Notes under the pieces: model-generated | The model's input: the letters and a program-made list of their open reading frames with translations, nothing else | Databases searched by the model: none | What the model was told of the DNA's origin: nothing | Made by a program: the position numbers and the translations under genes | Part shown: in pieces, positions 51,903-62,205 of the stretch | Numbering within the stretch: position 1 is the stretch's first letter | How the letters are laid out: the number at the start of each line of letters is the position of its first letter | NCBI GenBank assembly: GCA_963715335.1 | Contig: CAVQRZ010000014.1 | Span: 160,001 to 224,000, forward strand | Origin: an uncultured delta proteobacterium | Lineage (GTDB): Bacteria; Desulfobacterota; Desulfuromonadia; Desulfuromonadales; BM103 | Reading direction: 5' to 3' | Length of the DNA stretch: 64,000 bases

Positions 51903-52998
51903 GCAGGGCACGGATCATTCGATTCTCCTGCTGGCAGTCTGTCTGACCTGCCTGGGAGTGGTGATGGTGTTCTCCTCATCATCGATCATGGCAGTCCGCG
52001 ATTATAACGACAGTCTCTATTTCCTCAAACGGCAGGGTGTGTTTGCCCTGGTCGGGTTCGCCGCCATGGCTCTTTTGATGCGGATAGATCTAAACCTGCT
52101 GCGCAAGGCCGCATGGCCGGTCCTCGGGATCTGCGCCCTGTTGCTGGTCGCCGTTCTGATCCCAGGCGTCGGCAAAAAGGTCGGCGGCGCTGCGCGCTGG
52201 CTCAAAATGGGGGGAGTTACTTTCCAGCCGGCAGAGTTAGTCAAAGTCGGCCTCGTCATGTTCATGGCCCATTCGCTGGCCCGCAAACAGGACAAGGTCA
52301 AAAGCTTCCGTTTCGGGTTCCTCCCCTATATGCTGATTCTTGCCGTGTTGCTCGGCTTGCTGGGGGCTCAGCCGGATATGGGCAGTGCGCTGACGCTGGC
52401 CGTCGTCGCGATTGCAATGCTGCTGGTAGCCGGGACCCGATTGAGTTACCTGGCCAGCATCGGCCTGATATCGTTGCCGATTCTCTATTTCCTGGTGATG
52501 AGTGTCGATTACCGCAGGCGCCGGATCCTGGCTTTTCTCAACCCGTGGGAGGACCCGAGCAATTCCGGGTTCCAGATTATTCAGAGTTGGATCGCCTTCG
52601 GTTCCGGAGGGGCCTTTGGTCAGGGATTGGGCGAGAGTAAGCAGAAGCTTTTCTACCTGCCCGAAGCGCATACCGATTTCATCTTCTCGGTGGTCGGTGA
52701 AGAACTCGGCTTTATAGGTGTGATCGTGATCGCTGCGATGTTCATGTTGCTGATCGTGCGTGGCATGCGCACGGCGCTGAACGCACCGGATGAATTCGGC
52801 TGCCTGCTGGCCTTCGGTATCACCATGCTGATCGGGTTGCAGGCCTTTGTAAACATGGCCGTGGTTATGGGAATGGTCCCCACCAAGGGGCTGGCTCTGC
52901 CGTTTATTTCGTACGGCGGGACGAGCCTGGTGACGACCTTGGCCGCAGTTGGGCTGCTGCTGAACGTATCACGGCAGCTTCCGGGAGAGTTGCGATGA
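51892..52998 (+). CDS. ftsW: SEDS peptidoglycan polymerase FtsW
   Basis: FQPAELVK, QPDMG, LPEAHTDFIF and LPFISYGGTS. Confidence 0.97.
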   Translation: MEIRQGTDHSILLLAVCLTCLGVVMVFSSSSIMAVRDYNDSLYFLKRQGVFALVGFAAMALLMRIDLNLLRKAAWPVLGICALLLVAVLIPGVGKKVGGAARWLKMGGVTFQPAELVKVGLVMFMAHSLARKQDKVKSFRFGFLPYMLILAVLLGLLGAQPDMGSALTLAVVAIAMLLVAGTRLSYLASIGLISLPILYFLVMSVDYRRRRILAFLNPWEDPSNSGFQIIQSWIAFGSGGAFGQGLGESKQKLFYLPEAHTDFIFSVVGEELGFIGVIVIAAMFMLLIVRGMRTALNAPDEFGCLLAFGITMLIGLQAFVNMAVVMGMVPTKGLALPFISYGGTSLVTTLAAVGLLLNVSRQLPGELR

Positions 52999-54074
52999 AG
53001 CTGCTTTTGGCCGGTGGCGGAACCGGTGGGCACCTTTTCCCGGCGATCGCCCTGGCCGAGCAGTTCAAAGCCGAAGAGCCGCAAGGTGAAGTTCTCTTTA
53101 TCGGCACCGAACGCGGGCTGGAAGCTCGCATGCTGCCGGAACTGGGCTGGGCACTGGAGACGATAGAAATGAGTGGTTGGGCGGGGCGCGGATTTATTGC
53201 CAGGTTCAGGGTACTGGGGCTGCTGCTCAAGAGCCTTGGCCAGTCGCGGAAAATCCTGCGGAGCTTTGGCCCCGATGTTGTGGTCGGGGTCGGTGGCTAT
53301 GCCTCGGTCCCGGCTCTGCTGGCGGCAAAAACCATGGGGATACCGTACCTGATCCACGAGCAGAATGCCTGGCCCGGGTTGGCCAATCGCCTGCTGGGCC
53401 GCTGGGCGAAAAGGGTCTGCCTCTCATTTGACGAGGCCGACCGTGCATTTTATCGTAGCGCCACGGTCCTGACCGGCAATCCGGTTCGCGCCGCCATGGA
53501 GACGTGCCCGGGTTTGAACGATGACAGGAATTGCCTGCTGGTGTTCGGCGGCAGCCAGGGCGCCAACGCTATCAACCGTGTGATTGTCGCAGCCCTGCCG
53601 CTGCTGGAAGAGTGGCGCGACAGGCTGGAGATTATCCACCAGACTGGAGAACAGGATTACGCGGAAACCGTGCAGGGATATCGTGACAACAACTGGCCGG
53701 AAACGGCAGTGACACCTTTCATCAAGGATATGGCCGGCGCTTATGCAAGGTCGACCCTGATCGTCTGTCGGGCTGGGGCGACGACCATCGCGGAACTGAC
53801 CGCCTGTGGCCGACCGGCGATCCTGGTACCGTATCCGCACGCCGCAGCAGGGCACCAGTCGACAAATGCCAGGGCAATGGCAGCCAAGGGCGCCGCAATG
53901 ACGATGGAAGAAACGGACCTGACTCCGGAGCGTCTGGCCACTTTGATCAAGGGCCTGCTGTACGATCGAACCAGTATCAAGGCGATGGCAGCTGCTGCCA
54001 GGGGGCTGGCACGGCGCGGTGCCGCGGCCCGGCTGTTGCAGGAATGTCGAGCCGTCCTCAAAGAGGCCATCTGA
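52995..54074 (+). CDS. murG: Lipid II GlcNAc transferase
   Basis: [20 protein letters not shown] and [10 protein letters not shown]. Confidence 0.97.
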   Translation: MKLLLAGGGTGGHLFPAIALAEQFKAEEPQGEVLFIGTERGLEARMLPELGWALETIEMSGWAGRGFIARFRVLGLLLKSLGQSRKILRSFGPDVVVGVGGYASVPALLAAKTMGIPYLIHEQNAWPGLANRLLGRWAKRVCLSFDEADRAFYRSATVLTGNPVRAAMETCPGLNDDRNCLLVFGGSQGANAINRVIVAALPLLEEWRDRLEIIHQTGEQDYAETVQGYRDNNWPETAVTPFIKDMAGAYARSTLIVCRAGATTIAELTACGRPAILVPYPHAAAGHQSTNARAMAAKGAAMTMEETDLTPERLATLIKGLLYDRTSIKAMAAAARGLARRGAAARLLQECRAVLKEAI

Positions 54075-54085
54075 CAGGGGTAGTT

Positions 54086-55462
54086 ATGTACGGCAAGATT
54101 CAGAAAATTCATTTTGTTGGTATCGGCGGCATCGGCATGAGTGGCATCGCCGAAGTGCTGATCAACCTCGGCTACCAGGTCTCAGGTTCCGATCTCAAGG
54201 AAAGCGAGATCACCCGGCGATTGCATAAGCTGGGGGGGGTGATCGCATACGGGCATCGCAGTGAGAACCTCGCCGAAGTGGATGTCGTGGTAACCTCGAC
54301 GGCTGTGAAACAGCACAACCCGGAAGTCGAGGAAGCCCACAGGCGGAAAATCCCCGTGATCCCCCGCGCAGAAATGCTGGCCGAACTGATGCGCATGAAG
54401 TACGGCATCGCGATTGCCGGAACTCACGGCAAGACAACGACCACCAGCATGGTGGCGACCGTTTTGTCGCACGGCAATATCGATCCGACGGTGGTGATCG
54501 GTGGTCGGCTCGATTCAATCGGCTCCAACGCGAAGTTGGGCCAGGGGGAGTTTTTGGTCGCAGAGGCCGATGAATCTGACGGGTCGTTCCTGAAGCTGTC
54601 GCCGACCATTGCCGTGGTCACCAATGTCGACGAAGACCATCTCGACTACTATGAGGACCTGGCTGAAATCCGCGCAACCTTCATCGATTTTATTAACAAG
54701 GTGCCGTTTTATGGGCTGGTCGTGCTCTGTCTCGATGATCAGAACCTGCAGGGAATGATCCCCCAGGTAAAAAAACGCCTGATGACCTACGGTCTGGTCA
54801 GCCAGGCTGATTTCCAGGCTTCCGAAATCGTGCACGAAGGCGATCGTACCAAATTCATGGTGCAATACCGTGGCGAGGAGCTCGGCCGACTGAGCATCCG
54901 CATGCCAGGTCGTCACAATGTTCTGAACGCACTGGCTGCCGTGGCCGTCGGTATGGAGCTGGATATGTCCTTCAAGTCGATCGCTGAGGGCTTCAAGGAT
55001 TTTGGCGGCGTCGGCCGCAGGTTTGAGATCAAGGGGGAGCCGGCAGGGATCATGATCGTCGACGACTACGGACATCATCCTGTAGAGATCAAGGCGACTC
55101 TGGCCGCGGCACGCTCAGGCTGGAGCCGGCGCGTGGTCGCTGTGTTTCAGCCGCATCGTTACAGCAGGACCGAAGCGCTGTTTGAGGACTTCACGACCGC
55201 CTTCTACCAGGCCGACCACATCGCCGTCATGGATATTTACGCCGCCGGTGAGCAACCGATCGCGGAGATTACGGCAGAGAAACTGGCAAGCGGCATCAGT
55301 GGCCATGGTCACAAGTCCTGCTGCTATACCGGAGATGTAGAGTCCACGGTTGAGCATCTGCAGGCTGTGTTGCAGCCTGGTGATATCATGATCACGCTTG
55401 GTGCCGGTAATGTCTGGCAGGTCGGCGAAGAGCTGAATCGACTGCTAAGCGGGTCGGACTAA
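54086..55462 (+). CDS. murC: UDP-MurNAc-L-Ala ligase
   Basis: [29 protein letters not shown] and DDYGHHP. Confidence 0.97.
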   Translation: MYGKIQKIHFVGIGGIGMSGIAEVLINLGYQVSGSDLKESEITRRLHKLGGVIAYGHRSENLAEVDVVVTSTAVKQHNPEVEEAHRRKIPVIPRAEMLAELMRMKYGIAIAGTHGKTTTTSMVATVLSHGNIDPTVVIGGRLDSIGSNAKLGQGEFLVAEADESDGSFLKLSPTIAVVTNVDEDHLDYYEDLAEIRATFIDFINKVPFYGLVVLCLDDQNLQGMIPQVKKRLMTYGLVSQADFQASEIVHEGDRTKFMVQYRGEELGRLSIRMPGRHNVLNALAAVAVGMELDMSFKSIAEGFKDFGGVGRRFEIKGEPAGIMIVDDYGHHPVEIKATLAAARSGWSRRVVAVFQPHRYSRTEALFEDFTTAFYQADHIAVMDIYAAGEQPIAEITAEKLASGISGHGHKSCCYTGDVESTVEHLQAVLQPGDIMITLGAGNVWQVGEELNRLLSGSD

Positions 55463-55492
55463 AGCGTAGGAAACAGGGCCAGGAACAAAATC

Positions 55493-56422
55493 ATGTCAAA
55501 TCGCAAAGTATTGACAGAGAGGAGAACGGCTGTACTGATGGGAGGACTCTCCGCCGAGCGCGAGATCTCCCTGAAGACCGGTAATGCTGTACTCAAGGCG
55601 CTGCTTGAGAACGGCTGCAATGCCGTAGCCGTGGATGTCGGGCACGATCTGCCCGCCCAGCTGCGGAATGCGCGTGCCGAACAGGCCTTTATCTGTCTAC
55701 ATGGCCGCTACGGTGAGGACGGCACTGTCCAGGGCCTGCTGGAGTTAATGCAGGTTCCGTACACCGGCAGCGGCGTTATGTCATCAAGCATAGCGATGGA
55801 CAAGGTTGTGAGCAAGCAGCTCATGCTCTACCACGAGATTTCGACTCCCGGATTCGTCGTCTACCGTTCCGGAGAAGACCGGCGCGCGCTACTGCAGAGC
55901 TGCAGGCATTTTCCGCTGGTCGTGAAGCCGGCCAGGGAAGGCTCGACGATAGGCATTACTATCGCTCGTGACCTGGACCAGCTCCGGGCCGGTCTGGATG
56001 AAGCCCTGCAACATGACGGCCTGGTTCTGATCGAGGATTTCATCAAGGGGGACGAAGTGACTGTCAGCGTGCTGAACGGCGAACCGCTGCCGATCATCAA
56101 GATCGTGCCGAAAAGTGGTTTTTACGACTACCAGTCCAAGTATACGCCGGGACAGACCGAGTATCTCCTGCCGGCACCACTCGACGCGCTCCTTTACAAG
56201 CGTCTGCAGGAGACGTCCGTGACGGCATGTCGGGCGCTTTCGTGCCGCGGGGCCGCCCGGGTCGACTTCATGATCCGGGGGCAGGAATTCTTCTGCCTCG
56301 AGATCAACACGATCCCGGGGATGACAGAAACCAGCCTGTTGCCTAAAGCCGCTGCAGAAGCCGGCGTGTCTTTCAAAGAACTGGTGATGCGGATTCTTGA
56401 TGATGCGGATTTGAACAAGTAA
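55493..56422 (+). CDS. ddl: D-alanine-D-alanine ligase
   Basis: GGLSAEREIS, LHGRYGEDG, FYDYQSKY and LEINTIPGMT. Confidence 0.97.
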   Translation: MSNRKVLTERRTAVLMGGLSAEREISLKTGNAVLKALLENGCNAVAVDVGHDLPAQLRNARAEQAFICLHGRYGEDGTVQGLLELMQVPYTGSGVMSSSIAMDKVVSKQLMLYHEISTPGFVVYRSGEDRRALLQSCRHFPLVVKPAREGSTIGITIARDLDQLRAGLDEALQHDGLVLIEDFIKGDEVTVSVLNGEPLPIIKIVPKSGFYDYQSKYTPGQTEYLLPAPLDALLYKRLQETSVTACRALSCRGAARVDFMIRGQEFFCLEINTIPGMTETSLLPKAAAEAGVSFKELVMRILDDADLNK

Positions 56423-56439
56423 CGGGTGACGGAAAAGCG

Positions 56440-57282
56440 ATGAATGACCTGAAAACCAACAAGCAGAAAAAGCTCAAATCCAATCGACGCAAGCAAGAGA
56501 AGCAGGCGCGCGACTGGAAGCAGCTTTTTCATCGTTTGCTGAGGATCGGGATTGCTTCCGGAAGCGGCTTCCTGTTGGCCAGCGGCGCTCTGCTAACCGC
56601 GCAGATGCTGCTCGAATCGGGGTATTTCGACGTCGACCAGATTCGCGTGGAGCAGCAGGTGAGAGTCAGCGAGGGCGACATCCTTGATGCCTCCGATATT
56701 AAAATCGGCGACAGCCTGTTTGATCTTGAGCTGCATATGATCGGCCGCAAGATCGAAGAGCACCCCTGGATCGCCAGGGCCGAAGTGGAACGGGCGTTCC
56801 CCAACCAGGTGGTGATTCGGGTGGTGGAACGGCAAGTGAGGGCGATTATCGACCTCGACTACCTGTATTACCTGGACCGGGAGGGCGCTGTTTTCAAAAT
56901 GCTCGAATCAGGAGACGAACTCGATTACCCGGTGATTACCGGTATCGACAGACAATCCCTGCTCGATCATCCGGACCAGACCCAGAACTGTCTGGATCTG
57001 GCTTTGAGCCTGATCGAGATGCTTGAACAGCGCCAGCTTTTCAACCTCGACGACGTATCGGAGATCCATTACGACCAACAGGAGGGTCTGATTGTGTACA
57101 CCCGCATCGGCGGAGTCCCGGTGCAGATTGGCAAACAGAATTATTATGCCAAGCTCGATCGCCTGGAAGCCATTTATGACGAGCTTGAGCCACGATTGCT
57201 GGCCCTCAAGTATATTGACCTTAACGTGACCGATCGTGTGATTGTCAAAGTGGATGTCAAGCGCACGGCCGGCAGAAGCTAG
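56440..57282 (+). CDS. ftsQ: Cell division protein FtsQ/DivIB
   Basis: Basic N-terminal tail, TM helix, POTRA domain (PWIARAEVERAFPNQVVI) and YIDL. Confidence 0.92.
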   Translation: MNDLKTNKQKKLKSNRRKQEKQARDWKQLFHRLLRIGIASGSGFLLASGALLTAQMLLESGYFDVDQIRVEQQVRVSEGDILDASDIKIGDSLFDLELHMIGRKIEEHPWIARAEVERAFPNQVVIRVVERQVRAIIDLDYLYYLDREGAVFKMLESGDELDYPVITGIDRQSLLDHPDQTQNCLDLALSLIEMLEQRQLFNLDDVSEIHYDQQEGLIVYTRIGGVPVQIGKQNYYAKLDRLEAIYDELEPRLLALKYIDLNVTDRVIVKVDVKRTAGRS

Positions 57283-57304
57283 ATTTAGAGGGAAGGGGAG
57301 ACAC

Positions 57305-58534
57305 ATGAACAGTAAACGGGAAAATCTCGTCGTTGGACTCGATATCGGCACGACCAAGATCTGCGCCATTGTCGGGGCAATGACCAGCGAGGGGCTCGAT
57401 GTGGTCGGGATCGGGACCAGTCCGTCGCGGGGTTTGCGCAAAGGGGTGGTCATCAATATCGAGAGCACAGTCAACGCAATCCGCAAGGCGATCCAGGAAG
57501 CGGAGCTGATGGCCGGATGCGAGATCAAGTCGGTCTTCGCCGGTATCGCGGGCGGCCACATCAAGGGGATCAACTCCCAGGGTGTGATTGCGATCAAAAA
57601 CCGCGAGGTCACCAACGAAGATGTGCGACGCGTGATCGATGCCGCCAAGGCCCTGGCAATTCCGATGGACCGGGAGGTGATCCACATCCTGCCCCAGGAG
57701 TTCATCATCGATGACCAGGATGGTATCAAGGAACCGCTCGGCATGAGCGGAGTGCGCCTTGAAGCGAGGGTGCATATTGTCACCGGTGCGGTGGCCAGTG
57801 CCCAGAACATTATCAAGAGCTGCAACAAGGCCGGGGTTGATGTCGGTGACATCGTCCTTGAGCAGCTGGCGTCCTCGGAAGCCGTGCTGACGCCTGATGA
57901 AAAAGACCTCGGCGTCGCCCTGGTCGATATCGGCGGCGGCACTACGGATATCGCCATCTTCGTTGATGGTGCGATCAAACATACTTCAGTCCTGTCCCTC
58001 GGCGGCAACCACCTGACCAACGATATTGCCGTCGGTCTGCGCACCCCGACAGCCGAGGCAGAAAAGATCAAGCAGATTTCGGGCTGTTGCCTGACGTCAA
58101 TGGTCGGCAAGGACGAAACGATTGAGGTGCCGTCGGTAGGTGGCCGCGAGCCGCGCATCCTGTCGCGCCAGCTCCTCGCAGAGATTCTCGAGCCGCGTGT
58201 CGAGGAGATCTTCACCCTGGTAAATCGGGAGATCGTCAAGAGTGGTTTCGAGGACCTGATCGCATCCGGGGTGGTACTGACCGGTGGTTCGGCGATCCTG
58301 CCGGGAATGCCAGAGCTGGCCGAGCAGATTTTTGACCTGCCGGTTCGCCGCGGCAAGCCGATAGATATCGGCGGCCTGACCGACGTGGTCAACTCACCGA
58401 TCTACGCAACCGGCGTAGGCCTGGTGAAATACGGTAGCCGCAACATGCAGACGCGCAACTTCGTGATCGGCCAGGAGAACCTCTTCGATCGCGTCACGCG
58501 CCGGATGAAGGAATGGTTCGGAGAATTTTTCTAA
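57305..58534 (+). CDS. ftsA: Cell division protein FtsA
   Basis: GLDIGTTKIC, DIGGGTTD, GVVLTGG and a C-terminal amphipathic helix. Confidence 0.98.
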   Translation: MNSKRENLVVGLDIGTTKICAIVGAMTSEGLDVVGIGTSPSRGLRKGVVINIESTVNAIRKAIQEAELMAGCEIKSVFAGIAGGHIKGINSQGVIAIKNREVTNEDVRRVIDAAKALAIPMDREVIHILPQEFIIDDQDGIKEPLGMSGVRLEARVHIVTGAVASAQNIIKSCNKAGVDVGDIVLEQLASSEAVLTPDEKDLGVALVDIGGGTTDIAIFVDGAIKHTSVLSLGGNHLTNDIAVGLRTPTAEAEKIKQISGCCLTSMVGKDETIEVPSVGGREPRILSRQLLAEILEPRVEEIFTLVNREIVKSGFEDLIASGVVLTGGSAILPGMPELAEQIFDLPVRRGKPIDIGGLTDVVNSPIYATGVGLVKYGSRNMQTRNFVIGQENLFDRVTRRMKEWFGEFF

Positions 58535-58620
58535 AGTGAAAATCAAGGCAATGTGCCAGTAACTTAAACTGACGGAGCCATGGAGAGGTTCCGGACACAA
58601 CAATGGCGGAGGGAGTCATT

Positions 58621-59775
58621 ATGTTTGAATTTGACGAAAAAGTTGACCAGGTAGCAAAGATCAAGGTAGTTGGAGTCGGCGGCGGCGGCGGCAACGCAGT
58701 CAATACGATGATTGCCGGTCGCATCGAGGGGGTAGAGTTCATGGTGGCGAACACCGATGCCCAGGCATTACGTGCCAACCTTGCGTCACTGCGGGTGCAG
58801 CTCGGCACAAAGCTGACCAAAGGGCTCGGTGCCGGGGCCAACCCGGAAGTCGGCCGGGAAGCGGCCGAAGAGGACCGCAACCGCCTGAAGGAACTGCTGC
58901 AGGGCGCAGACATGGTCTTTATCGCTGCCGGCCTTGGCGGAGGGACCGGGACCGGTGCTGCGCCGGTGATTGCCGAAGTCGCAAGAGAGATCGGTGCGCT
59001 GACCGTTGCTGTTGTAACCAAGCCGTTCTCTTTCGAGGGCAAACAACGCATGGTCAAGGCAGATGAAGGGGTGGAAGAGCTCAAACAGGTTGTCGATTCC
59101 CTGATCCTGATTCCGAATGATCGTCTCAGCGGGCTCGCCGACAAGAAAATGGGTATCCTCGATGCGTTCAAACCTGCCGACGATGTGCTGCGCCAGGCTG
59201 TACAGGGGATCTCGGACCTGATTACCACTCACGGCATGATCAATGTTGACTTTGCCGACGTCAAGGCGGCGATGAGCGAACGCGGCATGGCAATGATGGG
59301 GATCGGTCTTGCCGAAGGCGAAAATCGAGCCGTTACCGCGGCACAACAGGCGATCTGTAGCCCGCTTCTGGAGGAGATCGATATCTCCGGGGCCAAGGGT
59401 GTGCTGGTCAATGTGACCGGTTCTTCGAGTATGACTATGGATGACTACCAGGCCGTCGCCAATATCATCCACGAGAAAGTTCACGAAGATGCCAACATCT
59501 TTATCGGTTTGGTCATCAACGAGGAGATGGGTGAGAAAATCCAGGTCACCGCGATCGCAACAGGGTTTGGCTGCTCTTTCGATACCGGCAAGCGTGGTGC
59601 GGGCAAGGACCTCGGTTATCCGACTCCCATGGCGCCGAACAAGATCGACCGCGACATCCCGGCCTTTATCCGTAACCAGAACCAGGACAAGCCGCGTGCC
59701 AGCATGCGCATCGGCAATTACAGTGAAGACGAGGAGTACGATATCCCGACGTTTTTGCGCAAGCGCGTCGACTGA
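58621..59775 (+). CDS. ftsZ: Cell division protein FtsZ
   Basis: GVGGGGGNAVN, GGGTGTG, NVDFAD and C-terminal DIPTFLRK. Confidence 0.98.
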   Translation: MFEFDEKVDQVAKIKVVGVGGGGGNAVNTMIAGRIEGVEFMVANTDAQALRANLASLRVQLGTKLTKGLGAGANPEVGREAAEEDRNRLKELLQGADMVFIAAGLGGGTGTGAAPVIAEVAREIGALTVAVVTKPFSFEGKQRMVKADEGVEELKQVVDSLILIPNDRLSGLADKKMGILDAFKPADDVLRQAVQGISDLITTHGMINVDFADVKAAMSERGMAMMGIGLAEGENRAVTAAQQAICSPLLEEIDISGAKGVLVNVTGSSSMTMDDYQAVANIIHEKVHEDANIFIGLVINEEMGEKIQVTAIATGFGCSFDTGKRGAGKDLGYPTPMAPNKIDRDIPAFIRNQNQDKPRASMRIGNYSEDEEYDIPTFLRKRVD

Positions 59776-59943
59776 AAGAGAACGTTTCCCGAAGGGCCGG
59801 CTTTAAGGTCCCGACGGCCAACTGCTGGTATACAATTCTGTGGCTTGTCAAAGAGTGAGCAGCCGTGCCGGTTCTCCGCCCGGCGTCTCGCGGTTTGTTC
59901 TATGCTCTGCGCCTGCCTGTAATGGGACTCCCTCAACAACCTT

Positions 59944-59970
59944 GGGCCGCCTCGTGCGGCCCTATTTTTT
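59944..59970 (+). terminator. Rho-independent terminator downstream of ftsZ
   Basis: GGGCCGC-ctcgt-GCGGCCC followed by TATTTTTT. Confidence 0.75.
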
Positions 59971-60085
59971 AGTCCCGGACCTTGCCGCATCCATCAGCTT
60001 CGAAGATGCGTTTGCTTGCTTGCACTCTTTGCAACCGGGATGGCTTCTTCAGCTTGATTTCCCTGTAGGTGACCAAATTGAATCA

Positions 60086-60535
60086 TTACTGCAGGGCAGC
60101 TTCGACCATTCCGGCCAGGGCCTTGCCAAGTTTACCGGCGACCGGGCAATCAGCGACACCATGGCGTTTCGCCAGAAATTCCGGATCGTTGTAGCCCAAC
60201 CATACCTGGGATGATGCGTCCTCCCAGACCAGGGCCTTCAGAGGCAGGTCGATGCCAGCAGTCTGCGCACACTCCATAAACGGCGTCCCGCCTTGCGGGT
60301 TGCCGAATATAAGCACTTCCGTTGGGCGCAGGGCTTTGCCGATCTTCGCTGCGCCGGCGGCGTGATCGATTCGAGCGAAAACATTCAGGCCGCGCTCTTT
60401 CACCACAGCTTCAAACCGGGCCATCGTGTCATTGGCGCTGTAGGGGCTCTTGACGGCGACCAGGCCCTCGGCAGCTCCGGCTGCCGAGACCAGTACTGCG
60501 CAGCTTAGGATCAGAAATAATTGCAGGGCTTTCAT
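60086..60535 (-). CDS. DUF302-family exported protein
   Basis: Signal peptide; VFARIDHAAGA..LRPTEVLIFGNPQGGTPFM..GIDLPLKALVWED. Confidence 0.9.
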   Translation of the reverse strand: MKALQLFLILSCAVLVSAAGAAEGLVAVKSPYSANDTMARFEAVVKERGLNVFARIDHAAGAAKIGKALRPTEVLIFGNPQGGTPFMECAQTAGIDLPLKALVWEDASSQVWLGYNDPEFLAKRHGVADCPVAGKLGKALAGMVEAALQ

Positions 60536-60641
60536 GGGATCTCCTTCTCTGTAGATGTCAATGAATTTTGGATATCCGGATCACTCCCTGCAATTATAAC
60601 CCTTCCCGGAGAAATTTTTTGCAAGCACGGCTTTAAGGGGA

Positions 60642-60986
60642 CTATCCGTGGGCCATCCTGGAGTCGTTCGGGGCTTGTTCTCTTGCCGCCATCGAATAAT
60701 CCCTGGTTATGCCGCCTACGCGAATCCGGTAGTCCTTGAACAACCTGCCGCGCCCTTTTGCCTGGGCGGTGCGGTGCTCGCCGCGTTCGCGCCATTGGGC
60801 CACTGAGGCTTCGTCCTCCCAGAATGAAAGGGACAGGATCTTGTCCGGGTCTGTCAGGCTCTGGAAGCGTTCGATTGATACAAATCCAGGGCTGTCCGCC
60901 AGGTGTTGACGGAGGTCAGCGGCGATAGCCAGGTATTCGGCGCTGCCGGCCGGCTTCAGGATAACCTCGAAGATTACTACGATCAT
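60642..60986 (-). CDS. Antibiotic biosynthesis monooxygenase (ABM) family protein
   Basis: MIVVIFEV..GFVSIERFQS..LSLSFWEDE..WR..EHRTAQAKGR. Confidence 0.9.
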   Translation of the reverse strand: MIVVIFEVILKPAGSAEYLAIAADLRQHLADSPGFVSIERFQSLTDPDKILSLSFWEDEASVAQWRERGEHRTAQAKGRGRLFKDYRIRVGGITRDYSMAAREQAPNDSRMAHG

Positions 60987-61027
60987 GGGGAACTCCGACT
61001 GGTTGGAAAAGGGAACAGACTGTGATT

Positions 61028-61264
61028 CTACGGTTTGTCGTCTTGCTGCTCCACCTTTGATTCCACTACTTTGCCGGTCTGCGTGTCCAGTATGTAATAC
61101 CCCGTCCAGCCGCGAACATCACTTGTCCCCGATGCAGCGGAGAATGAAGAGATCTGGAACCTGCCGGGCGTGGTCGCAAGATTTGCCGCGCCTGTGATCA
61201 GGAGCATCCCTGCACAGGCGAGGAATCCCAGGATAAACATTTTCAGATGGCTTTTTTCCTGCAT
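61028..61264 (-). CDS. Small exported hypothetical protein
   Basis: GGAGG RBS, hydrophobic N-terminus and GRFQI..YILDTQTG. Confidence 0.65.
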   Translation of the reverse strand: MQEKSHLKMFILGFLACAGMLLITGAANLATTPGRFQISSFSAASGTSDVRGWTGYYILDTQTGKVVESKVEQQDDKP

Positions 61265-61382
61265 AGGTCACCTCCGGGGTGATGGATGTAAGACGGTCAC
61301 AGCCCGCTCGCTGAGCCGGGATGGTTGTTTCGGTTGGGTGTGGACCTTTACGCAAAATTATCCCGTACTTTTGTTTTGGTGG

Positions 61383-62048
61383 CTAGCCGGGCTTGATCGC
61401 GCTGTAGAGCGCCATTGTGCCAAAGACAGTATCGAAAGTCTGCCTTTGTGCCACTTCAATAAACCCGGCGTGCTCAAAGAGTTCGGGGAGTCTGCCCGAC
61501 ACGTTGTCCCGGGTGTTTTTGAAACCGTCGAACAGTTGTTCCAACAGAAATACCCCACGCATCAAGACGTTGGCAGCGCGCCCCCAATCAGCGACATGCA
61601 GCTCCGCACCCGGTTTGAGAACCCGAAACAACTCACGCGCTGTTTGCTCTTTTTCCTCCCATAACAGATGGTGAAAGAACAGGCTGGAAACGACACGATC
61701 AAAGTGATCCGCTGGATAAGGCAGGTTGCAAGACAGAGCGCGATCGAATTGCACCGAGACGTTGGCTTGTTGTGCTTTACGGACCGCAATCGATAAAATT
61801 GCCGGATCAGCATCGACCCCCGTTACCACGGCCTGTGGCTGGCGTTGTTTGATCCAGATCGCCAGGGTCCCCGTCCCCGAGGCTAGATCAAGTATCTGCT
61901 GACCTGGCCCAAGCTGCGCTTGCTTGATAAGGGCCTGCTTGAAGCGACGCTCGCGAATCGTAACGCCAGCGATCGCATCGTAATGAGGTGTAAGCCAGTG
62001 AAAGCGCAGCGCTGGCAGGTATTTCGGTTCAGGAGATTGCGGCATCAA
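61383..62048 (-). CDS. Class I SAM-dependent methyltransferase
   Basis: ILDLASGTG, FDRVVSSLFFHH and RVLKPG. Confidence 0.9.
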   Translation of the reverse strand: MMPQSPEPKYLPALRFHWLTPHYDAIAGVTIRERRFKQALIKQAQLGPGQQILDLASGTGTLAIWIKQRQPQAVVTGVDADPAILSIAVRKAQQANVSVQFDRALSCNLPYPADHFDRVVSSLFFHHLLWEEKEQTARELFRVLKPGAELHVADWGRAANVLMRGVFLLEQLFDGFKNTRDNVSGRLPELFEHAGFIEVAQRQTFDTVFGTMALYSAIKPG

Positions 62049-62064
62049 TGTTCCGATATTGTCC

Positions 62065-62168
62065 AGCTAATGGACCAAGCGGGCTGGAGCTGGTTCTTTT
62101 CAAGTGTGTAGAAACCTTTACGCGAACCACCGACGTATCAACCCGTCCGCTTGAGTGTCTGGTTAAAT
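62065..62168 (-). mobile_element. Degenerate integron attC-like site B
   Basis: The minus strand reads ATTTAAC-cagaca-CTCAAGCGG...CCCGCTT-ggtcc-ATTAGCT. It aligns with site A (19707-19816) along most of its length. Confidence 0.62.
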
Positions 62169-62205
62169 GTTTGTCTCGACCAACCCTTTTGGCCCTTATC
62201 GCGGG

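Noticed and set aside
56908..58392. Long antisense ORFs (also 16197-17237, 22758-23639, 62305-63390 and others)
   Set aside because: They are shadow frames opposite well-supported genes, which is expected with strong GC3 codon bias.
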